Assembly (NCBI GenBank): GCA_040377305.1
Contig: JBEIPA010000016.1
Location: forward strand, 32,001-96,000
From: Flavobacteriales bacterium
GTDB taxonomy: Bacteria > Bacteroidota > Bacteroidia > Palsa-965
DNA: 64,000 nt
Reading direction: 5' to 3'
In this document: positions 31,261 through 41,888 of the stretch, piece by piece
Layout: each line of letters opens with the position of its first letter
Position numbering within the stretch: position 1 is the stretch's first letter
Notes under the pieces: model-generated
The model's database searches: none
The model's input: the letters and a program-made list of their open reading frames with translations, nothing else
What the model was told of the DNA's origin: nothing
Position numbers and translations under genes: made by a program

Positions 31261-31962
31261 TCAATGTACGAATCGCGAATTAGAAACGCGTCCGTCATCG
31301 TCGACACAACTGATCATGAAAATACCATTGGGCATGTCTGTGAGCACGAATGCACATTCGTTTTTGCCCCGAACATCCCGTGTTTCCAGTAGTTTACCAT
31401 CAGAAGAATATAAATTCACCGTGGTATATTCCCAGCCCGACCAACCAACGCCAATCGTAAATGGTGCAGGGTTCGGATAGTACCAAAATTGCGGTGGAGC
31501 CAATGGAGGATTCATTCCCGCCGGAAAAAAATTATCAAACGTCGCAGTCACACATGAATAGTTGTTCATGTCCAACCGATCCCAAAAGCAATAATTAATT
31601 GTCGCAATTCCACCATTGTTATTTGGGAAATACAATCCCTGAAAAGTTTGCATTCCCGCTGGGGCAATGATTTCTGAAACAACAGATGAGTCTGCATTCG
31701 GTGGATATTGCGTCGCGCCCCAAATCATTGCATTGGATGACGTAACGGGTGCGGTGAGCACTAATCGTCCCGCTACAACATCACGTGATACAGAATCAAC
31801 ATTCTCCACCGTGAGGTCACACAGCATTTGTGTTGCATTTGTGTCAGCGATGTAAATCACACCCGATGTAACGTCAATTAACTGATCGTCGTAAATACGA
31901 AATGAGCTTTGCGCGTGAAGTGCTCCACCAGATAGTATTGCAAGCAGAACGATCCTTTTCAT
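31261..31962 (-). CDS. Small T9SS type A cargo protein
   Basis: Signal peptide; YPNP...DGKLL...GIFMI CTD. Confidence 0.75.
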   Translation of the reverse strand: MKRIVLLAILSGGALHAQSSFRIYDDQLIDVTSGVIYIADTNATQMLCDLTVENVDSVSRDVVAGRLVLTAPVTSSNAMIWGATQYPPNADSSVVSEIIAPAGMQTFQGLYFPNNNGGIATINYCFWDRLDMNNYSCVTATFDNFFPAGMNPPLAPPQFWYYPNPAPFTIGVGWSGWEYTTVNLYSSDGKLLETRDVRGKNECAFVLTDMPNGIFMISCVDDDGRVSNSRFVH

Positions 31963-31963
31963 G

Positions 31964-33055
31964 TTAGCGCGCAATTACAAATGTGGTCGCATTTCCTGAG
32001 CTTACGTGACAGGTGTAAATTCCGTTGGGTAATTCCGAAACATTGATCGTTTCTGCGAGAGTACCCGTAATCACGTTGTGTGTTTGTACACAACGGCCGG
32101 TTGCATCGTAAATCGAAATGGTCGTATTGTCTTCGGTTCCATCTGCAAACAAAACACGGATTTCATTCTGCGCAGGATTCGGAAATACTTTTGAATCGAT
32201 TTGTTCCGCTTCAGTTACATCCGTAGAAATGCACTGCAAGTAAGTTCTGTCGCTCCAATATGTTGCGTTGATCATCGCGTATTGCATAGGACTAAATCCG
32301 GTTCGGCAGACTTTGCGTGAATACGACATGATGTTGGTAGGATCCGGCTGATAAGGCTGATTGTTTGCATCCAATGCCGTTCCGGTATACATGCACGCCG
32401 TATCAACTAATCCGGATAAGCCTGGATCAGCAGGTGTATCGCAAATCATATCTCCTTCTGAAGAACAATTTGATCCATCAACGAGTTCATCCGATGAACC
32501 GCCATGCGTGTGCATCAATCCCATGTAATGACCTATTTCGTGTGCAAGTGTACTTCCGTTCGTTGCGCAACTTCCGGAAATAAATGCCGCATCAGGTCCG
32601 CCCGGATACCACGCGTAACCACACACCGCAGTCTGGTTCAATGAAACTGTATTCGCGAAATAAAGATTCAGCACATTCGCGGTTTGGTGATTGGTTAACA
32701 GCTCTGACTGGTGAAATGAAGACTCGTAATTATACATGGTATCTTCATCAATCATCTCAGCGGCGATACACTCAATGAAAATCAACCCCGCGTTGTTGTA
32801 GTAATAGTTTACTGAATCAAGTTCCGCTTGAATCTGCGCCAATGTGAGTGCAGAATTTCCATTGCTTTCGCGAATCAGATGGATGTGCACGGGAACTACA
32901 ATCGCACCCTGAATTACACCGGGTTGAATTTGTTGCACCCGTTGGTTATATGTCGCCTGGTAGTCAGCCGGCATCACAGTTCCGCATTCGGACTGGGCAG
33001 ATAAGCCTCCAAATATCAGAACCGCCCAAAATGAAAGAAGTAAACGTATCAGCAT
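31964..33055 (-). CDS. M43 (pappalysin-like) zinc metalloprotease, T9SS type A cargo
   Basis: CGT pro-peptide, HEIGHYMGLMHT, NIMSY Met-turn, FPNP CTD. Confidence 0.9.
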   Translation of the reverse strand: MLIRLLLSFWAVLIFGGLSAQSECGTVMPADYQATYNQRVQQIQPGVIQGAIVVPVHIHLIRESNGNSALTLAQIQAELDSVNYYYNNAGLIFIECIAAEMIDEDTMYNYESSFHQSELLTNHQTANVLNLYFANTVSLNQTAVCGYAWYPGGPDAAFISGSCATNGSTLAHEIGHYMGLMHTHGGSSDELVDGSNCSSEGDMICDTPADPGLSGLVDTACMYTGTALDANNQPYQPDPTNIMSYSRKVCRTGFSPMQYAMINATYWSDRTYLQCISTDVTEAEQIDSKVFPNPAQNEIRVLFADGTEDNTTISIYDATGRCVQTHNVITGTLAETINVSELPNGIYTCHVSSGNATTFVIAR

Positions 33056-33124
33056 AATTAAAGATAATGATTCCGTGAATCGTGGTGGCAAAAAGTGACT
33101 TGAATCCTTTACTTTTACAGTGCT

Positions 33125-33946
33125 ATGACGCGCGCTGAACTCGATAAACTTCTAACTGCCAACCGCGATCTCTGGAATAAGAGAACGGAAGCACATCTTG
33201 CATCTGAATTCTACGATGTAAACAAATTCAAGGAAGGAAAATCCTCCTTGAATTCTTACGAGCTGGAACTGCTTGGAGATGTGAGTGGCAAATCTATCCT
33301 TCATCTTCAGTGCCACTTTGGACAGGATTCTCTTTCGTTGGCGCGAATGGGTGCGAAAGTAACCGGGGTTGATTTTACGGATACTGCAATTGCAGCTGCG
33401 CAAAAGTTGAACGCGGAGATGGGACTTGACGCAAAATTTGTCTGCAGCAATGTGTACGATACGCGCCAACACGTGCAGGAGAAATTCGACATCGTTTTTA
33501 CCTCATACGGAACCATCGGATGGCTGCCTATCCTTAAACCGTGGGCACAGGTTATTTCAGAATCATTAAAGCCCGACGGCAAGTTTGTAATTGTTGACTT
33601 TCACCCCTTTGTGTGGATGCTGGACGACCGTTACGAAGCTTTTCAGCACAGCTATTTCAATCACGAAGTAATTGTGACAGATACAACCGGCAGTTATGCG
33701 TCGCACATCGATCTTCACCCACCAGCGAAAGAGTATGGATGGAACCACCCCTTCACCGATCTTCTTTCCTCCTTGGTGCGCGAAGGGTTAATACTCGAAC
33801 GCTTCAATGAATACGACGGATCTCCTTACGATTGCTTTCCGGGGATGAAGAAGGGTGAAGATGGAATGTTCCGATTCACGAAGTGGGACAAAAAATTTCC
33901 TCTCGTATATGCGATTCGTTTCCGTAAGGATAAAACAAATCCTTAA
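33125..33946 (+). CDS. Class I SAM-dependent methyltransferase
   Basis: ILHLQCHFGQD, VTGVDF, FDIVFTSYG. Confidence 0.9.
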   Translation: MTRAELDKLLTANRDLWNKRTEAHLASEFYDVNKFKEGKSSLNSYELELLGDVSGKSILHLQCHFGQDSLSLARMGAKVTGVDFTDTAIAAAQKLNAEMGLDAKFVCSNVYDTRQHVQEKFDIVFTSYGTIGWLPILKPWAQVISESLKPDGKFVIVDFHPFVWMLDDRYEAFQHSYFNHEVIVTDTTGSYASHIDLHPPAKEYGWNHPFTDLLSSLVREGLILERFNEYDGSPYDCFPGMKKGEDGMFRFTKWDKKFPLVYAIRFRKDKTNP

Positions 33947-34003
33947 CTGACCGAAATCATATCCTGCGCATCCTTAATTCCGTACTCTTGAAGTACGCGA
34001 ATT

Positions 34004-34693
34004 ATGAAAATAAGAATTAGCAAACTACTCAGTTGGCTGTATCCTGTCCAATTAGAAAAAGTTAAAGGGGAATTGGGTCACGACCTTGAGGTGAACGTGA
34101 ACAATGGGAAAATTGTTTTGGATACTGCTACGGTCAATTATTCCTACGGAAACCTCCAGGACATTTTCGACTACGCGTTTCAACAGACTGCATTGTACGA
34201 TAAAACGATTCACTCCGCTCTGATTCCTGGATTCGGTTCAGGCTGCGTTTCTCACTTGCTCCATAATAAATGCGACCCGGCCATTTCTGTAACAGGAATT
34301 GAAGCTGATAAAGAAGTAATACGGCTCGCAAAGAAATATTTCCCGGAAGCGCGCAGTGAACATGTTCGCATCGTTCATTCAGATGCTTCTGAATACATCA
34401 TTAAAATCCGCGACAACTTTGACCTCGTTGTAGTTGATGTATTCGTCAATGACGAGGTTCCCGCCGGATGTCAAACCATCGATTTCTTCAGCCATTTAAA
34501 ATCGCGGCTGAATATGCAGGGCAAGATTTACGTCAACAAAATGTATCGTAAGGACGACGTGATACAACCGGAAGAGTTGGAAGAAAACATACGTGCCGTT
34601 TTCCAGGATGTGCAGGTAATTCCGGTATCAAGAAGCGGATCACAGAATTATGTCTACGTCGCAACACGCCGGCGAAAGGTGTTCGGGATATAA
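34004..34693 (+). CDS. Spermidine synthase-like SAM-dependent methyltransferase-fold protein
   Basis: GFGSG, TGIEAD, FDLVVVDVF. Confidence 0.78.
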   Translation: MKIRISKLLSWLYPVQLEKVKGELGHDLEVNVNNGKIVLDTATVNYSYGNLQDIFDYAFQQTALYDKTIHSALIPGFGSGCVSHLLHNKCDPAISVTGIEADKEVIRLAKKYFPEARSEHVRIVHSDASEYIIKIRDNFDLVVVDVFVNDEVPAGCQTIDFFSHLKSRLNMQGKIYVNKMYRKDDVIQPEELEENIRAVFQDVQVIPVSRSGSQNYVYVATRRRKVFGI

Positions 34694-34774
34694 CATCGGG
34701 TGGCGTAAAAAGAAAACCCACCTGCTTTCACAAATGGGTTCTTTTACTTAAGACTTAAAGACTTAACTCCTTAC

Positions 34775-36922
34775 CTACTTATTAGGTTGTTTCCCTTCCC
34801 ACTTATCCATAATTACACCTTCCTTGATTGGACGGAACGAAGTACGGCGATTCTTCTGGTGAGCAGCTTCCTGTTCTTCTTTCGTTGGCATAGCAGCGAT
34901 ATCTTTCTCGGAAATGAGTGGCTTAGATTCACCGTATCCTGTTGCAACAAGACGGTCGGCTGAAATTCCTTTACTGATCAGATAATCCACGCAACTTTTC
35001 GCACGTGCCTGTGAGAGACGCTGGTTATATGTATCACTTCCACGGGCATCCGTGTGCGATGCAATCTCAACAGAAAGGTTGTCGTTAAGTTCAAGGAATG
35101 CCGCAAGGTCATCCAGAATTTTCTGCGACTCCGGACGCAATGTTGCTTTGTCGAAGTCATACTCGATTCCAGGAATGGTGATTTCACCTGCAGGAATTGG
35201 TGTCAGATAAAAATCGTGAATGAACAATGAATCATCTGTCAATCCAACAGTAGAAATGTTCGTTGCGTCACCGAAGTATTTATTCTTCTGTGCCTTGATG
35301 TACAGTTCCTGATTCAGTGTCAATTCCGATTCGTAGTAACCCGTGCTGTCTGTGATGATGTAGAACGGCTCGTTATCTCCACGAACATCTTTGAACGTAA
35401 GGAGAGCGTTTCCGATTGGCTCGTTTGTTTCGATATTATAAACGTGGCCCTGAATCGCAAACTTGAGAGGCTCGTTCTCGAATGAATAAGCCTTGTAGCA
35501 ATATCCGCTTCCCGGTCCGCACATTTCGCATTTCTCGCGGTCAGATGAGAAATATCCATGCTGTTGCTGACGGTCGAGTGTGAAGTAAGCATCATCGCGC
35601 GAAGAGTTGAACGGTGCGTCCAGGTTCTTCGGTGTTGTCCATGTGTTGTCGTCTGCGTTGAATGAAGACTTCACAATGTCAAATCCACCATATCCGCTCA
35701 ATCCGTTTGAGCTGTAGAACAGCGTGCTCGAAGTGAAGTGGTAGAACGGTGTAATCTCGTCATCGGGCGTGTTGATTGCAGGACCCATGTTCACTGCTTC
35801 TCCGGGATTTCCTTCTTCGTCGAGCTGACACTTCCAGATATCGAGTCCGCCTTGTCCACCCGGACGATCAGAAACGAAATACAATGTTGAGCCATCATTA
35901 GATAAGAACGGCATCATTGCTTTTGTCCCCGGTACGTTCACATTCGCATTAAGTTTCTGCGGAGCTAACCAGGTTTCGCCAACGTTGCGGCACATAAAAA
36001 CAGAACATTCGGTTCCGTCTTCGTTCCATCGCGTAAAGAACAAATGTTCTCGACCGAAAGAAACAGATGCTGCTCCTTCGTTCTCTGGCGAATTCAATTG
36101 ACCAACCGTAGTTGTAACAGGTTGTGGTTTCATCCACACACCATTCAGTTTGCGTGCAATAAACACGTCGGTTGAATACTGATCGAGTCCTTGCTTTGTG
36201 CGTTCCTCTGTGGAAGCATTTCCTTGTTTCGCACAAGAGAATAACAACACATCCGGATCGCCGTAATAACCCGCTGCGAAAGTTGCCGTTCCAGCATTGA
36301 TATTGCTATCGAGTTTTGTAACGATCACTTCCTTCTTAATGCGGGAAGAATCCTGCGCATTCAGACAACCGCCGATATTACGTGTGGCGCGACGATACTC
36401 TTGTGTTTCCGGATCTTTTCCGCGCTGGTAGGCTTCATACTGAACAATCGCCTCCTGATATTTCGCATTACTCTGAAGCGTTGTCCCGTAATAGTAAACA
36501 GCATCCGGAAAGCGTTCATCGGGTTTTGCCACTGCTTGTCCATACCAGAGTTCTGCATTATCGTAATCGTGAAGTAAACGATAACACTCTGCTATGCGGT
36601 GTACAACCCAACGTGTTTTCGGATCGTTGCCTTCAACCATGTCGGGCTGAATTTTGGTTGTATCGTTCAGCGCATTTTTGATTGCAACTGAATCAGCAAC
36701 TTTCTTCGGTGGTGTATACGGACGACACTCATAAGGAGTGACGAGATCGCGATCACTTCCCGGAACCAGCTTCACAGCATGCTGATAACATGCGAGTGCA
36801 AGTTTGTAATTGCCCTGATCGTAAGCCTTGTCGCCAAATTCCAGCCACTCTCTTCTGCTTTGCGCGAAAACTGTTGTAACCGCAAGGAGAAGAACAATCA
36901 GAATTGATAGTTGCTTTCTCAT
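34775..36922 (-). CDS. OmpA family protein with TPR and PD40 repeats (PorE-like)
   Basis: TPR N-terminus, LYFVSDRPGGQGGLDI, SHTDARG..YNQRLSQARA, NRRT. Confidence 0.9.
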   Translation of the reverse strand: MRKQLSILIVLLLAVTTVFAQSRREWLEFGDKAYDQGNYKLALACYQHAVKLVPGSDRDLVTPYECRPYTPPKKVADSVAIKNALNDTTKIQPDMVEGNDPKTRWVVHRIAECYRLLHDYDNAELWYGQAVAKPDERFPDAVYYYGTTLQSNAKYQEAIVQYEAYQRGKDPETQEYRRATRNIGGCLNAQDSSRIKKEVIVTKLDSNINAGTATFAAGYYGDPDVLLFSCAKQGNASTEERTKQGLDQYSTDVFIARKLNGVWMKPQPVTTTVGQLNSPENEGAASVSFGREHLFFTRWNEDGTECSVFMCRNVGETWLAPQKLNANVNVPGTKAMMPFLSNDGSTLYFVSDRPGGQGGLDIWKCQLDEEGNPGEAVNMGPAINTPDDEITPFYHFTSSTLFYSSNGLSGYGGFDIVKSSFNADDNTWTTPKNLDAPFNSSRDDAYFTLDRQQQHGYFSSDREKCEMCGPGSGYCYKAYSFENEPLKFAIQGHVYNIETNEPIGNALLTFKDVRGDNEPFYIITDSTGYYESELTLNQELYIKAQKNKYFGDATNISTVGLTDDSLFIHDFYLTPIPAGEITIPGIEYDFDKATLRPESQKILDDLAAFLELNDNLSVEIASHTDARGSDTYNQRLSQARAKSCVDYLISKGISADRLVATGYGESKPLISEKDIAAMPTKEEQEAAHQKNRRTSFRPIKEGVIMDKWEGKQPNK

Positions 36923-37911
36923 AAGCGTGGGCAGTTAGGTGCAACAACAGGAACTTTTCTTTTCGCAATGTAGATCAGAGAAAACTCAATTCCGCCGCGG
37001 TTATTTGTTGCCGGCTTCAACGTAGAAATATTCACGTCGTAACTCACACGGTAAGTGAACTGTCCCATCTTCAAACCAACCTCCATGATCGCAGCGTCTT
37101 TGTTACGAATGGTTGGACCCACTATAAGATAAGCATCCTGATTCGGCAAGTAAATGTTCGCCAACAAACCATACATGAATTCACGGGCGTTAGTCTGCAT
37201 CATATACAACACACGTGGATTCAACACGAGTCGTTCTGTAATACCCACGCGCGCACCTGTGTGAAGGATGTAGTGTATCGGCAGTTTACTCGTGTACCCG
37301 AAGAAAGATTCGTTCGGCTTGTTCAGGTTGGAAGCAGAGAACCCAACGAATGGATTGATGCGGCTTCCTTCTTTCGCATAATAGTAAAGCAAGCCCGCAT
37401 TTATCATCATGTTGTAATCCGATTCCATTTGTCCGGAAGCTTCTCCGCTCGGCATATTCGGATCAAATCCGTTTTGTGCCATGGAGTATTGGTTGTTCCA
37501 ACTTAAGCGGCCCATGTCGACCGTTTTCTGAACACCTGTTACCGACATTCCGAATGCTACGTGGTGAATGTTGTGCTTATCACACTGCAGATCGTATGCA
37601 CCTGAGAGTGTAACACTGAGTTCGTTGAAGTTACCGAGACCTGCGCGGCTATTCATCACCTGCGCACCCCAACCATAACGCTTTACGGGCATATCGAATG
37701 ACATTGCTGCGGTCTGGAATGGATTACGTGAAATAACATTCCACTGGTTACGGTAGTTTGCATGTATGCGATAATATCCATCGAACATTCCTGTCATTGC
37801 AGGATTGAGATAGATTTTCGCTGCATCGTAATGCGTTAGGTGGAAATCCTGCGCCTTCATTGCTGAAGCGGAGAGAACCACACATGCTATTGCGATTAAA
37901 CGTTTACTCAT
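36919..37911 (-). CDS. PorP/SprF family T9SS membrane protein
   Basis: QDFHLTHY..LNPAMTG, NYRNQW, SYDVN..GGIEFS; directly downstream of a type B cargo. Confidence 0.9.
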   Translation of the reverse strand: MSKRLIAIACVVLSASAMKAQDFHLTHYDAAKIYLNPAMTGMFDGYYRIHANYRNQWNVISRNPFQTAAMSFDMPVKRYGWGAQVMNSRAGLGNFNELSVTLSGAYDLQCDKHNIHHVAFGMSVTGVQKTVDMGRLSWNNQYSMAQNGFDPNMPSGEASGQMESDYNMMINAGLLYYYAKEGSRINPFVGFSASNLNKPNESFFGYTSKLPIHYILHTGARVGITERLVLNPRVLYMMQTNAREFMYGLLANIYLPNQDAYLIVGPTIRNKDAAIMEVGLKMGQFTYRVSYDVNISTLKPATNNRGGIEFSLIYIAKRKVPVVAPNCPRL

Positions 37912-37982
37912 TTGAATTTTACTTTTCAGATGAATTCGTGAACCGCACAGCGGTTTCATTATTCTAGTGTCTTTCATCTTCG

Positions 37983-40900
37983 TTATCGTACCAATGTTAC
38001 GTCACCCTCGAGATAATGCGCGGCTCGATCCGGAGTTACAGCATGCACCGTATAGACGTACACACCAACCGGTTGTTCCACGTTGTCGCGGGTTCCATCC
38101 CAACCAATTGCCTGGGAAGTTGACACGAAAATGAGTTCGCCCCATTTATTGTAAATGCGCAGTTCCATTTCAATGAATGGTCCGCCAAGAACATAGAAGA
38201 TATCGTTCTCACCATTGCCGTTCGGAGAGAATCCTGACGGAACAACCGGCGGTGAACTGATGATGTAATCGAGAATAGTGGTGTCCATGCAACCATTCGA
38301 ATCAGTAACAACCAATTCAATTGGATACACGCCCGGCGCACTCCAGCTATGTGTCGGATTCTGAATTGCAGAGTTCGTTGAGTCGCCGAAGTCCCAATCC
38401 CAGCCAACAATTGTTCCTGCAATTTGTGAGAGATCGGTAAGCTGCACGGTCTGATATGTGTTTGCTGCATTTAACGGATTCGCAGTGAAGTTTGCAACCG
38501 GCGCGAGGAATATTCCAACAGGCTGTGTTACAGTATCGGCACATCCGAAGTTAGAAGTCACAACCAGCGAAACGTTGAATGTTCCCGAAGCTCCGTAAAT
38601 GTGTACAGCAGGATTTGTAGTTGCAGTAACGTTATCGCCGAAGTTCCACGCCCACTGCACAATTCCTGCTGAGTCAACTGTAGACGCATCAAGGAACGTA
38701 ATAGGCTCGTTCGAACAGTTTCCGCTTGTAGTGAATGCCGCCAGTGGATCCGGGTAAACGTAAACCGGAGTAACTACCGTATCAGGACAACCGTTCTGTG
38801 ATGTCGTGACGAGTGTAACGTTGTACCATCCACCTGTAGCATATACGTGCGATGGATTCTGTTGTGTCGACGTGTTATTCGGAGAAGTTGGATCGCCAAA
38901 ATCCCAGAACCACGATACGATTGAAACAACGGATTGTGTTTGATCGGCAAAGATGACCGGGAAACCAGGACATGCCGAGATGTATTGCAATCCTGAATTC
39001 GGAGCAGGAATAACGGTAATGTTCAGTGTATCGCGCTGTTGACGGCAACCACCATTGTTGGTCGAGTTGAATATAATCTGAACACTTCCGGTCGAAAGAT
39101 CAGTTGTGCCCGGCAAATACGTTGTAATCAGATTCGTGTCGTTCGCAAATGAACCATCGCCATTCGTTGTCCAGAATCCTGCACCGGTAGCTGTGTTTGC
39201 TGTAACCACAAATGGCACGTTACTACACGCTGTGTCCGGACCAATAGCTGTTACGTTTGGCGGTGGAGTCAGGAATAGAATCAATGTATCTGTTTCCGGC
39301 AAGCAAGATCCGTTACCGGTTGACGTCATCCATAGCATAACACTGCCTGCTGCTGCATCTGCTGCGCTCGGCATGTAGTCTGTACACAATTGGTTTGGCG
39401 TAGAGAAAGATCCTGACCCGGAAGTTGACCACACGCCACCACTGGCAACGCTAACTGTTCCGCATACGTTAACAAAAGGAGTATCTCGGCACGCGAACAA
39501 GTCGACACCAACATCCACAACAGGACCTGGTGCAAATGTGATTCGTACTGTGTCAAAATCGTGCGAACACAACGTGTATCCGGTTGTTTGTAAAATCAGA
39601 ATTGCATAACCTGAATCAAGCTCAGCTTGCACCGGTGTGTAGGTTGCGTTGTAAGTGCTGTTATTCGGATTGAATGTTCCGAGACCGTTCCACATACCGC
39701 CTGTTGCGTTGAGGATGTTTCCGCCCAATCCAACAGTCGAGTTATTGGTACATGCGAATGTATCGTTACCGGCAAGTGCAATTGGTGGAGCAACTATGTA
39801 CACAACAGTTTGTACGGTGTCATCGCAACCGAGACTGTTTTGTGCAATGTGCGTTACCGTATACGTTCCGCTCGCCGCCCATGCGTGGGAAACGACTGCG
39901 CCGGTATCGGAAGTCATGTCGCCGAAATCCCAGTTGTAACCACTGAGGACCGCGTTACCCGTGACGACGGAACTATCCTGGAAAGTCAGCGTTTGTCCGA
40001 CGCAGGCGCTATCACCGGCGGGTGTTGCAGTGAATGCGGTAACACTTGATATATCAATGATCTGATAGGCTGTATCTGCGCAAGGAGTTCCGTAGTTGAT
40101 GATGAGTGTCACCGAGTAAGGCCCGAGTCCCGGATAAGTGTAAGATGGGAACTGCTGTGAACTTGTATCGGTTGTAACACTCAGGTCACCGAAATCCCAG
40201 AAGTAGCTGTTCGCCGGATCAGAAGTGTTGTTGAAGAAAATGGTTCCGCCGGTACAAACGTTGTTGTTTGGACCGATGTTCGCCTGCGCGAGTGGTGGAC
40301 AAAACACAACGTTGAGCTGGAAGTCGCGAAGTATCTCTCCGATTTTGACTCCGTTTCTGAATTCTTCGCATCGGACGCCGCAAACAAATTGTCCTTGCAT
40401 GGGTGGCGCTCCGGTAATGTAACCCGTGGAGGAACTCATGGTCAATGGTGGTCCGCCGCAAGCGTTGTTTGGTCCGAAACCAGCCTGCCACGTAATTGGA
40501 GCTACAGTGAAAACCCCAGCTGGGAATGTTGGAGCCTGGTCTGAATACGGTGTATAATACGAGTAGACCAGTGAATCGCCATCAGCATCAGTAGCACCAT
40601 GGTCGAAATTCATTGGATTTCCCTGACACACGAACACAGGCGGTGGATTTGTCCATACCGGGCTTGAGTTGGTAATCAGTACCGCGTTATTCGGGATGTA
40701 GGCGTACCACGTTTCACCCGTATTTAACGGATTCACGCAATTATCCAGCGTTGAGTTACGGCAACAATACTGGAAAAATAAGTGATAGCCACCTGCGCGC
40801 GGCGGAAGGTTGTTCACTACAGCGGTGTAAGTGGCTTCCTCCAGACAAATACCTGGATTCGCGGCACATGTGTCGATGTACGGCTGTACAGCAACTGCGC

Positions 40901-41141
40901 CCGGGAAGTTAATAACGATGTCTTTGTCGGGAGTGAACGAGTTACCATTCACATCACGAACTTCAATACGCACATTCGGGAAAGCTGCGTTTCCAGGAGC
41001 ACAGTCGCGGTACATTTTGAGTGTAACACGGTATGTTGCTCCGCCGAGATGTTCGTAGGTGAGGGATCCTCCTACGATGTGCGTAGCGAAGGCACCGACG
41101 GATAAAGTCAATGCCGCTACCAGCAGTAAAAAGTGTTTCAT
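37983..41141 (-). CDS. Large T9SS type B cargo with multiple PKD domains
   Basis: WDFGD repeats; CTD PSGFSPNGNGEND...YNKWG...GDVTLVR. Confidence 0.88.
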   Translation of the reverse strand: MKHFLLLVAALTLSVGAFATHIVGGSLTYEHLGGATYRVTLKMYRDCAPGNAAFPNVRIEVRDVNGNSFTPDKDIVINFPGAVAVQPYIDTCAANPGICLEEATYTAVVNNLPPRAGGYHLFFQYCCRNSTLDNCVNPLNTGETWYAYIPNNAVLITNSSPVWTNPPPVFVCQGNPMNFDHGATDADGDSLVYSYYTPYSDQAPTFPAGVFTVAPITWQAGFGPNNACGGPPLTMSSSTGYITGAPPMQGQFVCGVRCEEFRNGVKIGEILRDFQLNVVFCPPLAQANIGPNNNVCTGGTIFFNNTSDPANSYFWDFGDLSVTTDTSSQQFPSYTYPGLGPYSVTLIINYGTPCADTAYQIIDISSVTAFTATPAGDSACVGQTLTFQDSSVVTGNAVLSGYNWDFGDMTSDTGAVVSHAWAASGTYTVTHIAQNSLGCDDTVQTVVYIVAPPIALAGNDTFACTNNSTVGLGGNILNATGGMWNGLGTFNPNNSTYNATYTPVQAELDSGYAILILQTTGYTLCSHDFDTVRITFAPGPVVDVGVDLFACRDTPFVNVCGTVSVASGGVWSTSGSGSFSTPNQLCTDYMPSAADAAAGSVMLWMTSTGNGSCLPETDTLILFLTPPPNVTAIGPDTACSNVPFVVTANTATGAGFWTTNGDGSFANDTNLITTYLPGTTDLSTGSVQIIFNSTNNGGCRQQRDTLNITVIPAPNSGLQYISACPGFPVIFADQTQSVVSIVSWFWDFGDPTSPNNTSTQQNPSHVYATGGWYNVTLVTTSQNGCPDTVVTPVYVYPDPLAAFTTSGNCSNEPITFLDASTVDSAGIVQWAWNFGDNVTATTNPAVHIYGASGTFNVSLVVTSNFGCADTVTQPVGIFLAPVANFTANPLNAANTYQTVQLTDLSQIAGTIVGWDWDFGDSTNSAIQNPTHSWSAPGVYPIELVVTDSNGCMDTTILDYIISSPPVVPSGFSPNGNGENDIFYVLGGPFIEMELRIYNKWGELIFVSTSQAIGWDGTRDNVEQPVGVYVYTVHAVTPDRAAHYLEGDVTLVR

Positions 41142-41245
41142 TTGGTCAAGGTGGGGCCTATGGGTATGCCATCGCTAAAATACAACAAAATGACGTCGAA
41201 CCAACAGGATTTAGCGCTGTATACCAACAGCGTTTTGTCAGCGAT

Positions 41246-41695
41246 TTATTCTGAATCGGATATCTCGATCTCGAAATAGCCACCAAAGTTGCATTCAGTT
41301 ACATGGAGGTAGTACTTTCCAGCTTTGAGGCCGGACAAATTCACGACAGGACGGTGCATCCTGGCTTTTAATATCTCCTTATTTTCCTGGGGGATCGTGG
41401 TTACGTCGTTATAGCCCAGCAACATGCGGGAATAATTCTTCTGATCGTACACGTAGAATTGAGATTCACGATTATCCTCCGGAAAGAGAATGAGTAGGCT
41501 GTCGTCCGGATACTTTCGCTGCAACAGAATTCCCTGAATGCTATAACGGGAAGTATCCATAGTTTCGAGATAACTCCCTGGTACTTCAATCTTCTGCACA
41601 CCACGTTGCCTGGTCGTGAGTTCTGAAATCACGAACCACGCGGTTACTGCGAGAACAGCAAAAGCCAATAAAAACGGGAAAGATTTTCGCAACAT
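41246..41695 (-). CDS. Hypothetical protein with N-terminal membrane anchor
   Basis: ORF fills gap, hydrophobic N-terminus, TTG start. Confidence 0.65.
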   Translation of the reverse strand: MLRKSFPFLLAFAVLAVTAWFVISELTTRQRGVQKIEVPGSYLETMDTSRYSIQGILLQRKYPDDSLLILFPEDNRESQFYVYDQKNYSRMLLGYNDVTTIPQENKEILKARMHRPVVNLSGLKAGKYYLHVTECNFGGYFEIEISDSE

Positions 41696-41721
41696 TCTGA
41701 GTTACGAATATAGGGGGATTC

Positions 41722-41831
41722 GGCATTAGGGCATGAGCATAATAGGGCATTTAGTAAATGGTAATTGATTGTGTGCATTCTGTGCTAATGCACCATTGCC
41801 CTAATGCCCCAATGCCTAATGCCCCAATGCC
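41722..41831. repeat. Octamer-periodic repeat with mirror arm
   Basis: ggcattag-type units, then about six ctaatgcc/ccaatgcc units. Confidence 0.75.
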
Positions 41832-41888
41832 AAACTTCCCTTTTCCCGAAATGAACTATATTTGGGGTTGAGCAGACACAAACCCCTT

